NCBI GenBank assembly: GCA_963674755.2
Contig: CAXXVS010000002.1
Coordinates: forward strand, 288,001 to 352,000
From: Desulfobacterales bacterium
GTDB taxonomy: Bacteria; Desulfobacterota; Desulfobacteria; Desulfobacterales; UBA5852
DNA: 64,000 nt
Direction of reading: 5' to 3'
Below are positions 17,097 to 26,745 of the stretch, piece after piece (position 1 is the stretch's first letter; each line of letters begins with the position of its first letter). Position numbers and translations under genes: made by a program. The notes beneath the pieces are model-generated. The model made no database searches. It was not told the DNA's origin and saw only the letters and a list, made by a program, of their open reading frames with translations.

Positions 17097-17614
17097 CTCC
17101 CCTTGTACCTGATCCTAACCCATAGCTTCAGCAAGCATCCATCAAAAATGCCTGTTTCGTCCACCGCCGGTCCAGTGCATTATTCCTGCTAAAGCATCCC
17201 TCGGACTTCCGAAAGCCGGGCAGTCACCATCCATATTTCTGTTACAGCATGAACTCTCTCAAGATAATTGGCCCTGACGAAGGGCACACCTGCTTTGTGG
17301 AATAGACCTTACAGTCTACTACGCCGGCCTATCGGCCGGTTCCGACGCCTTGGCTCTGTCGGGAGTGATTTCCTGCCAAGGCGACGGAAAACTTGCTTTT
17401 TTAGAGAATTAACGGAATCCTGTGCACCGCCCCACTATCGAACCGTTCTTTAGGATGAACCATACAGAACAATTCTCAAGTGTACCGGTTTTCTATACCC
17501 TCTATTAGTATATATCGTCTCCGAAAACCGGTTTTGGGACAAACTTTTTGAAAAAAAGTGAAAAAAATGCAATTTTTTATGAAAAATTCTTTGAATTAGC
17601 CCGAAAGGAATCCC

Positions 17615-17791
17615 ATGAACGACGATTCGCCCCCTCTCACCTGCTCCGACGATACCCAACAGATCACGGTCCAACTGCCATGCCGATTGGTCCAAAGAAT
17701 TGAGCGATACGCTAAAAACCACAATAATTCGGTCGCCGGCGTAGTGATCGAAGCACTGGATACATACCTACGGGGGGGCAAGGCAGATTGA
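17615..17791 (+). pseudogene. Ribbon-helix-helix (CopG-like) regulator, frameshifted near codon 7
   Basis: RBS AAAGGA + ATG MNDDSPL; a second frame gives TCSDDTQQITVQLPCRLVQRIERYAKNHNNSVAGVVIEALDTYL; an extra TC in CCCCTCTCACC explains the shift. Confidence 0.55.
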
Positions 17792-17809
17792 ACGGATGTA
17801 AACTGCGGG

Positions 17810-17834
17810 AAGGACGGTGGACGATTTGGACGAT
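17810..17834 (-). repeat. Triple iteron-like motif (ATCGTCCAA-ATCGTCC-ACCGTCCTT on the minus strand)
   Basis: Shares TGGACGATTTGGACGAT with 3836-3852. Confidence 0.7.
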
Positions 17835-18093
17835 AGTTATGGCGATTTTAAAAACAACCTATCGGTGACCTTGACGAATCCTTTAGGGATAATGGACATA
17901 TGATCACCGGTTTTGTAGCGTGTCGCCTGACCACAATATGTAGAGTTTAGCCAATTCGAGGATCATGACCTGTAATCCCAAGTTTTGGCAGGCTCGTTTG
18001 AGGTTGTCGATAAGAGTTTTATCGATCGTCCCGCGGCATTGATGATACAAACTATTATTGTATTTTTGTGATTTGGCACATTTGAAAGACGAT

Positions 18094-18966
18094 ATGGAAT
18101 CACAAATAGATCTTGAAGATGCCAAAAACGAGGTCCTGCGAAAGATTGGACGAAACATGCTCCTTTTCCAGCAGATGGAAAAGTTGCTCAAGTTTTTAAT
18201 AGTCAATGGGAAAATAGCAGGTTACACCGACGAATTAAAATCGAAACAAGAGCAACGGGCCGCGACAATAAATAAAAAGACCATGGGACTGTTGGTTGGA
18301 GATTACATTGAAGGCACCTTCTCTGATATTGAAAACATTCCGCAAGCACCCAGAGACTTGAAGGGGGTATATATTACTTTTGGATTAAGTGTGGATGTTG
18401 ATGCCGTCTACTACGAAAACAAAAAGAAAATTCTTGCTGAAATTGTTGCGGATCGCAATGAGTTAATTCATGATCTATTCCCAAGCTATGATCTGACCTC
18501 AATTGAGGGCTGCCGGGAAATCGAGGAGCATCTTGATCAACAACGTGAAAAACTCCTTCCAGAATTAAATGAAATACAAACTTTAATTGAAACCTTGGTC
18601 GAGACAAAGAAATTATTTTCCGATTTTCTAAATTCTGACAAAGGGAAAAGACGTTTTTATTCACCGCAGCGTGGAGGCCGTATTTTATACTATCTTGGCG
18701 AAATAGCAGCTCAGGTTGTTAGACCTGATGGCTGGACACCACTGAGTGTAGCCGGTCAAATATTATGGAGTCAAAAGCCTGAAGAAATAACCGATGTATT
18801 TAAAAAATATGGTCATAAGACACTTAAGGGACTGATTTTGGCAACTGAGATATTTGAAATAAAAGAAGAGCCTACGAAGAAGGGGGGTCTTCAGGTTCTT
18901 TACAGACTAAAACCCGGTTGGACATTTGATATGGTAAAAGATGGAAACAAAGAACTACCAGGGTAG
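18094..18966 (+). CDS. HEPN-like (RxxxxH) domain + OST-HTH/LOTUS domain protein
   Basis: DRNELIHD in an all-helical N-terminus; C-term DGWTPLSVAGQIL...KYGHKTLKGLILATEIFEI. Confidence 0.7.
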   Translation: MESQIDLEDAKNEVLRKIGRNMLLFQQMEKLLKFLIVNGKIAGYTDELKSKQEQRAATINKKTMGLLVGDYIEGTFSDIENIPQAPRDLKGVYITFGLSVDVDAVYYENKKKILAEIVADRNELIHDLFPSYDLTSIEGCREIEEHLDQQREKLLPELNEIQTLIETLVETKKLFSDFLNSDKGKRRFYSPQRGGRILYYLGEIAAQVVRPDGWTPLSVAGQILWSQKPEEITDVFKKYGHKTLKGLILATEIFEIKEEPTKKGGLQVLYRLKPGWTFDMVKDGNKELPG

Positions 18967-19135
18967 CGGTGGTGTATCTGAAGTTTGACTATCTCCAACT
19001 AATCCTATTTGTCCTTTGCATTTTGATTTGATGTGTATAGTGTAATATACGGAAAACAGAAAAGCTGAAGGCCAAACAAAATATTTAGTGGATGGTCCTT
19101 TTGCATAGCATCCAATCTACAAAATCGTAATCCAA

Positions 19136-19179
19136 ATCGCCCCCACCGTCCCCATCGTCCAACCCACTAAACTTTTTGA
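19136..19179 (+). repeat. Triple 9-bp motif ATCGCCCCC-ACCGTCCCC-ATCGTCCAA plus tail
   Basis: Read directly. Confidence 0.8.
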
Positions 19180-19234
19180 GCAATATGCCGATTTATGTTA
19201 ATCGGTTAGGAAAGACTGCTACTGAGGGGGCTAC

Positions 19235-19753
19235 ATGTCTGATCAAGAAAAGTGGATCTACGGTGAGTTGCTGATGAAGCGGTGGGATGTTAGTCGAGCT
19301 ACCCTCGCGTATTTTGTAAAAGAAGGATTTCCTGCATATGGTGAGGAGGGTAGGGTTGTTTATGAGAGCGGGCCGGACGATACATCGTTGGATTGGGTCG
19401 ATCGGTACCGATACAAACTCTCAGATGTTGAGAATTATGAAGCCGCCAACCCACATCTTTTCGGAGCATCGAATTCTGATACGAAAATGGAGCAAGCCGG
19501 CATGGATGCTAAAGAGAAACGTGAATTCGGGCAATTAAAGCGTGAAAAGGAAAAATGGGACGCTTCTATTCAGGCTGCTTTGCTGGTCGGCATGTTTGTC
19601 CAGGAAAAGAACCAAGTTCTCAAACGCAAAGACGTAAAGGATCAACTGTATAAGATTGATTCTACTTTGCCTGATACCGCGTTTGAAAAAATCTGGAAAG
19701 CGATTCCGAGTCAATATCGTCATAAAGGAGGTCGCACGAAAGACGACACATAG
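19235..19753 (+). CDS. Integrase-adjacent hypothetical protein with an N-terminal Xis-like HTH
   Basis: ELLMKRWDVSRATLAYFVKEG; RBS GAGGGGG. Confidence 0.6.
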   Translation: MSDQEKWIYGELLMKRWDVSRATLAYFVKEGFPAYGEEGRVVYESGPDDTSLDWVDRYRYKLSDVENYEAANPHLFGASNSDTKMEQAGMDAKEKREFGQLKREKEKWDASIQAALLVGMFVQEKNQVLKRKDVKDQLYKIDSTLPDTAFEKIWKAIPSQYRHKGGRTKDDT

Positions 19754-19968
19754 TTTAGGCACCATCACCAATTGATATTTCCTTCAAATCCCTTCCAGTA
19801 TTTCATTCTGTAAGACCCAACCCCTTTTTTTAAAATCCATAAAGCACTTCCAGCAAAACATTCTCGTTTCTTTCCCATGAATGTTTCAGGGCTATCTATG
19901 TCCTGAAATTTCGTTAAGTTTTTCTCCAGAGAAATTCCAATAACCATTTTACAGGAGGACTATTACCT

Positions 19969-21045
19969 ATGGCATGTATTGCTAAAAGAAGAGGCCGCTA
20001 CGTTATTGATTTCTACGACAACCAAGGAAAACGGAGGTGGAAAACCCTGCCGCAAGGAACAACAAAAAAGAAAGCCAGGGAGGTTCTCAGGGATATCGAG
20101 GACCAATTGTCGAAAGGGACGTATCTGACCGACAAAAAGATACCCACCTTTAAAGAGGTCGCGGAGGATTGGCTCGTTTACAAAAAGCCGAACGTAAGGG
20201 CTTCCACTTGGTCAGTTTATGAAGGCCACGTTCGCAATCATTTTAATGATGTTGCTGACATTAAGGTGAACCGCATCACTGTCACCAAGGTTGAGCATTT
20301 TTTAGCTGACCGGCAAAACGAGAAAATGAACCTCGGTACGCTTCGAAAAATTATGATCAGCTTTGGCCAGATCATGGCCTACGCGGTGCGTCACAAATAC
20401 ATCCATCATAACCCCGTTCGCGAGATAGAACGTCCACGAGGCAACGGGAACATCGACACCATTAAGATCCGAGTCCTGAACCCTGCGGAAATTCAACGCA
20501 TGCTCGACGCTGTTGAGGACCTTCGGCATCTGACCCTTTTCCGGTTGGCTGTTATGAGTGGAGCTCGGCAGGGCGAGCTTCTTGGGCTCAAATGGTCTGA
20601 CGTCCTTTGGGACAGCAAGCAAATTCATATCCAGAGGACTTTCAACAATGGCGGTTGGTACGAGCCCAAGTCCGCCTCGTCGAACCGACGCATTGATTTA
20701 GGACCAGCGATGATGGCCGAATTGAAACGTTGGAAAAAGGAATGCCCCAAGAGCAAGCTTAATTTGGTTTTTCCTAACACCGTTGGCAATGTGATGTGCG
20801 ACAGCAGCATGCTGCGAAAACACTTTCATCCTGCATTGAAGGCCGCGAACCTCCCCAGAATAAGGTTCCATGACCTCAGACATACCTATGCAAGCCTGCT
20901 GATAGAGCAGGGGGAAAATATCAAATACATTCAGACCCAACTCGGGCATTCCAGTCCGTCGGTCACTCTGGATGTCTATGCCCACCTTTTGAAGCCATCC
21001 AATCAACAGGCGGCCCGACGTCTCGAAAAATCCATTTTTTCGTAG
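19969..21045 (+). CDS. Tyrosine recombinase / phage-type integrase
   Basis: Arm-binding N-terminus; catalytic GARQGE, HDLRH, LGH, VYAH. Confidence 0.95.
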   Translation: MACIAKRRGRYVIDFYDNQGKRRWKTLPQGTTKKKAREVLRDIEDQLSKGTYLTDKKIPTFKEVAEDWLVYKKPNVRASTWSVYEGHVRNHFNDVADIKVNRITVTKVEHFLADRQNEKMNLGTLRKIMISFGQIMAYAVRHKYIHHNPVREIERPRGNGNIDTIKIRVLNPAEIQRMLDAVEDLRHLTLFRLAVMSGARQGELLGLKWSDVLWDSKQIHIQRTFNNGGWYEPKSASSNRRIDLGPAMMAELKRWKKECPKSKLNLVFPNTVGNVMCDSSMLRKHFHPALKAANLPRIRFHDLRHTYASLLIEQGENIKYIQTQLGHSSPSVTLDVYAHLLKPSNQQAARRLEKSIFS

Positions 21046-21047
21046 GC

Positions 21048-21065
21048 GGTAGCAAAATGGTAGCA
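21048..21065. promoter_or_regulatory. Probable integrase arm-type site: direct repeat GGTAGCA-AAAT-GGTAGCA
   Basis: 11-bp-period repeat between the int stop codon and the att/tRNA. Confidence 0.6.
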
Positions 21066-21080
21066 GGGAAGGGGAGGCGG

Positions 21081-21117
21081 AAAAGAAAAGGGGTTACGCG
21101 ATGTGGCGTAACCCCTT
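21081..21117 (-). terminator. Intrinsic terminator downstream of tRNA-Leu
   Basis: AAGGGGTTACGC / GCGTAACCCCTT stem followed by TTCTTTT on the minus strand. Confidence 0.75.
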
Positions 21118-21128
21118 GATATTATTAA

Positions 21129-21215
21129 TGGTGCCGAAGGCCGGACTTGAACCGGCACGGGCGTAGCCCACTACCCCCTCAAGATAGCGTGTCTACCAAA
21201 TTCCACCACTTCGGC
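21129..21215 (-). tRNA. tRNA-Leu (anticodon GAG), integration site
   Basis: GCCGAAG acceptor stem, CTATC-TTGAGGG-GGTAG anticodon arm, long variable arm, GGTTCAAGTCC T-loop, encoded CCA. Confidence 0.97.
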
Positions 21216-21236
21216 ACGAAAATCGTTGTATCCAAG

Positions 21237-21611
21237 TTATTTGCTGTCCGCTGGTGCCGGCGCCGGCGAAGGAGCGGCGGGGGCAGACGATTGTTCCGCA
21301 CCCTTGTTGTCGGCACCGGATGGGGCTGGCGTCGACTGCTCCACCGGTGCCGGGACATTCTCCATGATCGTGCTGGTATTTTGATTGCCGGACATGTAGG
21401 CCAGCGTCAGGGAGGTCAGCATGAATACCACGGCCGCCACAGTAGTGGCTTTGCTCAGGAAAGTGCTGGCACCCGTACTGCCGAACAGGGTCTGGCTGGA
21501 ACCGCCGCCGAAAGCGGCTCCCATGTCGGCCCCCTTGCCGGTCTGCAACAGAACGATCATGATCAGCGCGATACAGACAATAATGTGCAAAACGATAACG
21601 AGTATGGACAT
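21237..21611 (-). CDS. secG: Preprotein translocase subunit SecG
   Basis: VLLQTGKGADMGAAFGGGSSQTLFGS. Confidence 0.95.
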   Translation of the reverse strand: MSILVIVLHIIVCIALIMIVLLQTGKGADMGAAFGGGSSQTLFGSTGASTFLSKATTVAAVVFMLTSLTLAYMSGNQNTSTIMENVPAPVEQSTPAPSGADNKGAEQSSAPAAPSPAPAPADSK

Positions 21612-21628
21612 AATTTATTTCAATGCTC

Positions 21629-22390
21629 TCATGCGCCGAAATGGATGATTTCGGCAAAGGTATCGGGTTTCAGACTGGCGCCGCCCACGAGTGCGCCATC
21701 GATATCCGGCATGGCCATGAGATCCTTGGCGTTGCTTGGTTTGACGCTGCCACCGTAAAGAATTCGGATACTGTCGGCCAACTCGCCGCCCAGAGACTGC
21801 GCCAGGTGATCGCGAATAACGGCATGCGCTTCCTGGGCCTGCTCCTTGGTGGCGGTTTTGCCGGTGCCGATGGCCCAGACCGGCTCGTAGGCCACGACGA
21901 GTTCTTGCGGCCCGCGCAAAGACACTCCTTCTAACCCCAATCGAACCTGTTTGTCAAGAACGGAAAACGTCTCTCCCGCTTCGCGTTGAGATTCGGTTTC
22001 GCCGATACAAACTACCGGTATGATGGACGATTTGAGGGCTGCTTTGATCTTGCGGTTGACGCCCTCGTCGCTCTCGCCGAAGTACTGGCGTCTTTCCGAA
22101 TGACCGATCAATGCATGGGAGCAGCCGACGGCCGTAAGCATGCCCGGCGAAATCTCACCGGTAAAAGCGCCTTCCGCCTCCCAATAGAGATTCTGGGCGC
22201 CCAAGGCGATGGGGGAGGACTGCAGCACGCGCGCGACTGGCGCCAGGGCGGTAAAAGGCGGGGCGATCATGACGTCGACGGCGGGATCCGGGCCGACCAA
22301 CGTAACCAGTCGGGCCGCGGTTTCCTCTGCCTCGGGACCGGTTTTATACATTTTCCAATTACCGGCAATCAAGGGTTTGCGCAGTGGCAT
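21629..22390 (-). CDS. tpiA: Triosephosphate isomerase
   Basis: AGNWKM, IGHSERR, AYEPVWAIGTG, LVGGASL. Confidence 0.97.
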   Translation of the reverse strand: MPLRKPLIAGNWKMYKTGPEAEETAARLVTLVGPDPAVDVMIAPPFTALAPVARVLQSSPIALGAQNLYWEAEGAFTGEISPGMLTAVGCSHALIGHSERRQYFGESDEGVNRKIKAALKSSIIPVVCIGETESQREAGETFSVLDKQVRLGLEGVSLRGPQELVVAYEPVWAIGTGKTATKEQAQEAHAVIRDHLAQSLGGELADSIRILYGGSVKPSNAKDLMAMPDIDGALVGGASLKPDTFAEIIHFGA

Positions 22391-22449
22391 GGAGTATCTC
22401 CTCTTGTCCAATGAGTTGGCTGATCCCAACGTAAAACCGTGATCTCACC

Positions 22450-23454
22450 CTAAAGCTGACTTCCCACCAGGGCCGCCAGATCGACCATCCGATGCGAGTA
22501 GCCGCTTTCATTGTCATACCACGCCAACACCTTGACCAGGTTATCGATCACATGGGTGGTGGGGGCGTCGACGATGGAAGAAAGCGCCGATCCGTTGTAA
22601 TCGGTGGAAACCAGAGGGACTTCACTGTATCCCATGATCCCGGCAAGGGTGGTTTGGGAGGCGGCATTCAGGGCCTCGTTGACATCCGAAACGGTAATGC
22701 CACTTTTATCAACGGACACCACGAGATCTACAATGGAGACATTCGGGGTGGGGACACGGATGGCCAAACCGTTGAGCTTTCCCTCCAGTTCAGGAATCAC
22801 CAGGGCTACGGCCCGGGCCGCACCCGTGGTGGTGGGAATCATCGAAAGGGCGGCGGCCCGTGCGCGACGCAGATCTTTGTGAGGAAAATCAAGCAGGCGC
22901 TGATCACCGGTGTAGGAATGGATCGTTGTCATCAGACCGTTGTGGATACCGAAATTTTCCATCAGCACCTTGGCCACAGGCGCCAGACAGTTGGTGGTGC
23001 AGGAGGCATTGGAAATGATGTGATGCTGCTTGGGGTCGTACTGGCTCGAATTGACCCCCATGACGATGGTGGCGTCCGGGTCTTTGGCCGGAGCGGAGAT
23101 GATGACTTTCCGGGCACCGGCACTCAAGTGCTTGGCCGCGCTTTCCCGATCGCGAAAAAGCCCTGTGCATTCCGCGGCAATGTCGATCCCGCGGCTTTTC
23201 CAAGGCAATTGAGCCGGATCCTTGATGGCGGTAACCGCAATCGAGCGGCCATCGACGATGATTTCGTTTTCGGCGTACGCGACTTCAGCATCCAGTTTGC
23301 CGTGCACCGAATCATAGGTCAACAGATGGGCCATGGTGGCCGGATCGGTAAGATCATTGATGGCGACCACTTCCACATCGGGGTGATTGAGGGCCGATCG
23401 GAAAACGATACGCCCGATGCGGCCGAAACCGTTGATTGCCAGTTTTATACTCAT
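22450..23454 (-). CDS. gap: Type I glyceraldehyde-3-phosphate dehydrogenase
   Basis: INGFGRIGR, ASCTTNCL, WYDNE. Confidence 0.97.
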   Translation of the reverse strand: MSIKLAINGFGRIGRIVFRSALNHPDVEVVAINDLTDPATMAHLLTYDSVHGKLDAEVAYAENEIIVDGRSIAVTAIKDPAQLPWKSRGIDIAAECTGLFRDRESAAKHLSAGARKVIISAPAKDPDATIVMGVNSSQYDPKQHHIISNASCTTNCLAPVAKVLMENFGIHNGLMTTIHSYTGDQRLLDFPHKDLRRARAAALSMIPTTTGAARAVALVIPELEGKLNGLAIRVPTPNVSIVDLVVSVDKSGITVSDVNEALNAASQTTLAGIMGYSEVPLVSTDYNGSALSSIVDAPTTHVIDNLVKVLAWYDNESGYSHRMVDLAALVGSQL

Positions 23455-23927
23455 GACTCCTCCTTGAGGCGTTTGGACATGACCAGGGCATCTTCCCCGG
23501 TTTTGGGATAGTAGTTCGGACGAATACCGATGGTTTGGAAACCCGCTTTGCTGTAAAAACCGACCGCCGCCCGATTGGACGGCCGTACTTCCAAGAGGAT
23601 CTGAGCGGCGTGGCGTTGCACGGCTTCCCGTTGCGCCGCTTGCAAAAGCAAGGTTGCCATGCCGTGTTTTCGCCAGTGCGGATCCACGGCAAGTTTCATG
23701 ATGTGCATTTCATCCATCAGAAAGCGGACCAGAATATAGCCTGCGACCGTGGTCTGCTTTTCGCTCGTTGCGGCCACTCTGGCGACGCGCTGCCAGCCAT
23801 CGGCGACGCCCAGCTCTCCGACGATGGCCAAGGGTTGCCATGGCTGGGCAAACGAAGCGCTTTCAATCGCACAAATATTTTCGATGTCCTCGATGCAGGC
23901 CGGCGCTAGAAACACGGTCGCGGTCAA
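23451..23927 (-). CDS. rimI: Ribosomal protein S18 alanine N-acetyltransferase
   Basis: GNAT motifs; LEVRPSN, RPNYY, EDALVM. Confidence 0.9.
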   Translation of the reverse strand: MTATVFLAPACIEDIENICAIESASFAQPWQPLAIVGELGVADGWQRVARVAATSEKQTTVAGYILVRFLMDEMHIMKLAVDPHWRKHGMATLLLQAAQREAVQRHAAQILLEVRPSNRAAVGFYSKAGFQTIGIRPNYYPKTGEDALVMSKRLKEES

Positions 23928-24340
23928 TGCCCTCGTTTATTGCCCTTGAGAATACTGCTGGCCAGGGAAATACTGCGTTTGCCAAAGGATTCCAGGAAGG
24001 TCGCCAAATCGCCCAGGTCTTTTTCCTGGCGCGCGCTCGTCGCCTTGATCAGGATGGGCAGGTTGACACCCGATATGACTTCAATCTTGCCTTCCTCGAG
24101 GAAAGAATAGCTCAAATTGGAAGGCGTGCCGCCGAACATGTCCGTCAGAATGAGCACGCCTTGGGGTTGGCGCACTTTTTTTATAGCGCTGTCGATTTTG
24201 CCCCTTAATTTTTCGGCGTTCTCCTTAAGGTCGACCGAAACGGCAACGGTTGCTTCGGGTTTGCTGCCGAGAATAAACTCGGCCGCTTCGATGAGGGCGG
24301 CTCCCAGTTGGCTGTGCGTGACGATGACGATTCCTACCAT
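23924..24340 (-). CDS. PTS mannose/fructose-family IIA component
   Basis: IVIVTHS, TDMFGGTPSN, GVNLP. Confidence 0.9.
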   Translation of the reverse strand: MVGIVIVTHSQLGAALIEAAEFILGSKPEATVAVSVDLKENAEKLRGKIDSAIKKVRQPQGVLILTDMFGGTPSNLSYSFLEEGKIEVISGVNLPILIKATSARQEKDLGDLATFLESFGKRSISLASSILKGNKRGH

Positions 24341-24549
24341 AATATTCCTGAATCAGAAGAGTGAGACGTTAGGGGTATCGGGCTTTGCCGCGGCAAAACG
24401 TGCCGACGATCTTTTACGCAAGCCTCAAACAATCTAATATAATACGCAATCGTCCGGTGACAACCTCGACCGTTCAGTCCGGTCTCAACCGGCCGATGCG
24501 GTGGCCAAGCCTTGCGCGGCGGCCGACAACGGCTATGGTCAGGGGACGG

Positions 24550-25461
24550 CTACAATGAGGTCGATGATGGTTTCGCATCGAAAGAAGGCAATTCGGCCGA
24601 CTGGCGCTTGATATCGCGGTGCGATATTTCCACCTCCATCCCATGGTTGCGGATGTGTTCGAAGACGGCGCGTGCTATGGCCACTGATCGGTGGTGGCCC
24701 CCGGTGCAGCCGATGGTAATGGTCAGATAGGCTTTGCCTTCTTTTTCATAGAGCGGAATGAGGTAATCCAGCAGATTGAGATATTTTTCTAAAAAAAGCT
24801 GGCTGTTCGGATCGGCCATAACAAAGTCGCGCACCCGTGTGGACTCGCCATCCAAGGCTTTCAGATCCGGCAGGAAGTAAGGGTTGGCTATAAATCGGAC
24901 GTCGACCATCAAATCAGCATGCTCCGGGACGCCGTATTTAAAGCCAAACGACATGACATGGATCTGCATGTGGGCCAGATCCCGATGGTGAATCATGTCG
25001 CGAATGACATTTTTTAAGTCATGCACCGTGAGGCCGGTGGTGTTGATGAGCTGGTCGGCGGACATGCGAAGAGGGGCCAGCGCTTCCCTTTCTTTCTGGA
25101 TGCCGTCGAGCAGACTCTTCCCGCGGCCCAAGGGGTGGTAGCGTCGCGTCTGGCTATAGCGGTTCAGGAGATCCTTTTCCGTCGCTTCCAGGAAGATGAT
25201 CTCCAGTCGGTAACCATCCGCCTTGAGGGCTTCGAAAATGCCGGCATATTGATCGATAAACCCCTTTTCCCGGGCATCCATGACAAATGCCAACCCGGCA
25301 ATGTCAGCATTGTGCCGCAACGGCAGTTCGAGGAATTTGGGCAACAGGGAGACCGGCATGTTATCGACACAATAGAAGCCGGCATCTTCCATCACGTCGA
25401 TCGCCGTGCTCTTGCCCGATCCCGAGAGACCCGTAATAATAAAGATTTTTTTTCCAGTCAC
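24550..25461 (-). CDS. rapZ: RNase adapter RapZ
   Basis: TGLSGSGKS, SFGFKYG, IGCTGGHHRSV. Confidence 0.93.
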   Translation of the reverse strand: MTGKKIFIITGLSGSGKSTAIDVMEDAGFYCVDNMPVSLLPKFLELPLRHNADIAGLAFVMDAREKGFIDQYAGIFEALKADGYRLEIIFLEATEKDLLNRYSQTRRYHPLGRGKSLLDGIQKEREALAPLRMSADQLINTTGLTVHDLKNVIRDMIHHRDLAHMQIHVMSFGFKYGVPEHADLMVDVRFIANPYFLPDLKALDGESTRVRDFVMADPNSQLFLEKYLNLLDYLIPLYEKEGKAYLTITIGCTGGHHRSVAIARAVFEHIRNHGMEVEISHRDIKRQSAELPSFDAKPSSTSL

Positions 25462-25620
25462 AGTGATCCTGTAGCGCCGGAAGGTAGCGGCCGCGATTAT
25501 ATCAAGGCCCTGCGGTCGCCCGCTTCGTGTCTTTCGCGATACCCTGAACGGCGATCTGTCCACATGCCGGGGTGTGATACGTATTGTCGGCCGACGGCTA
25601 TACGAGTGTCAAGATGGCGT

Positions 25621-26079
25621 TTAGAAGTCTTCGTCTTCTTCTTTGATGATGGTGTAGATTTCTTCTTTTGTCGCTGCGGACAATAATTTTTCTTTGAATG
25701 GATCGTTTTTAAGAATACGTGATATGCGGGCCAGCACTTTCAAGTGCAGACCGGTGGAATTTTCAGGGGTCAACAAGAGGAAAAAAATACGGGTCGGCTT
25801 GCCGTCCATGGATTCAAAGTCAACCCCCGTCCGGCTCAATCCAAAACCGAGCGCCAGTTTTTGCAGCTGTTTCAGTTTGCCGTGCGGTATGCCGATACCA
25901 CCGCCAATACCGGTACTTCCCAGACGTTCGCGTTCCATCAGGACCCGGATGATTTCATCGCGGCTGATCCCAGTGGCTTCCGCCACCGGTGCGGCCAATT
26001 CTTCCAGAATGCCTTTTTTGTCGCCCGACTTGAGATCGGCGCAAATCGCTTGGCGGTCGAGAACGTCAAGAATTTTCAT
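25621..26079 (-). CDS. ptsN: PTS IIA(Ntr)
   Basis: RERLGSTGIGGGIGIPHG; rpoN operon context. Confidence 0.9.
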   Translation of the reverse strand: MKILDVLDRQAICADLKSGDKKGILEELAAPVAEATGISRDEIIRVLMERERLGSTGIGGGIGIPHGKLKQLQKLALGFGLSRTGVDFESMDGKPTRIFFLLLTPENSTGLHLKVLARISRILKNDPFKEKLLSAATKEEIYTIIKEEDEDF

Positions 26080-26206
26080 GGTGTTGTATCGAGTTCCCTA
26101 AAGGGAGCAACACAGCAGACCGCCGCTACGCTTAGGTGAAGCAGTTTAACACCTGTCGTTGGTTGCCAACGGCGGCTGCGTGTTTGAAGATTAAGGGCCG
26201 CAAGCC

Positions 26207-26734
26207 TCAAATCTGGGGCTGAATCAAGCCCAAATCACCGTCATTGCGACGGTAGAGAACATTAATCTGGTCTGTCCGGGCGTTGGTGAAAACCAGAAAG
26301 TTCTCGGTTGTCAGACCCATCTGGAGAATGGCTTCATCAACATCCATGGGTTTGTATTCGATTTGGGTGACTTTTACTTCTTGTGCGCTATCATCCTCCA
26401 CCGCAGCCGGCATTCCGGCCAGCTTGGCTTTAACACGCGCCTTGGCGCGGCGCTCGCGGACTTTTTCCTTGCCCTTTTTGATCTGTTTCTCCAGCTTGTC
26501 CAAGACCATATCAATGGCGGAATACATGTCTTCGGTTTCTTCTTTGCCATTGATCTGCATTCGGTCGCCGGAGACGCTTATCTCGGCAATGTGCCTGAAT
26601 TTTTCGACCTTGAGGACCACATTGGCTTCCGCCGGGTTGTCGAGCAAACGGTCAAAGCGGTCCAGCTTTTCCATGACATAGCTTTTGAGGTGATCGGAGG
26701 AGTCGATATTCTTGAACGTTACGGATGTTTGCAT
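26207..26734 (-). CDS. hpf: Ribosome hibernation promoting factor (long HPF)
   Basis: DMYSAID, KPMDVDEA, NVLYRRNDG. Confidence 0.92.
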   Translation of the reverse strand: MQTSVTFKNIDSSDHLKSYVMEKLDRFDRLLDNPAEANVVLKVEKFRHIAEISVSGDRMQINGKEETEDMYSAIDMVLDKLEKQIKKGKEKVRERRAKARVKAKLAGMPAAVEDDSAQEVKVTQIEYKPMDVDEAILQMGLTTENFLVFTNARTDQINVLYRRNDGDLGLIQPQI

Positions 26735-26745
26735 ATATGTCCTCC

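Larger units (their letters stand above)
1..21128. mobile_element. Genomic island / integrative element (right part), inserted at the 3' end of tRNA-Leu(GAG); left boundary outside the window
   Basis: Tyrosine integrase immediately next to the tRNA 3' end; primase/ATPase, ArdC, defence and hypothetical genes; visibly AT-richer and more heterogeneous than the core genes after 21.2 kb. Confidence 0.9.

Noticed and set aside
879..19179. Repeats as a CRISPR array
   Set aside because: No regularly spaced 23-47 bp repeats with unique spacers and no cas genes
1..21128. Calling the island a prophage or ICE
   Set aside because: No structural phage, relaxase or T4SS genes are visible in this window, so the class cannot be assigned
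21147..21758. 203-aa ORF across tRNA-Leu and secG
   Set aside because: Overlaps a tRNA and the antisense strand of secG
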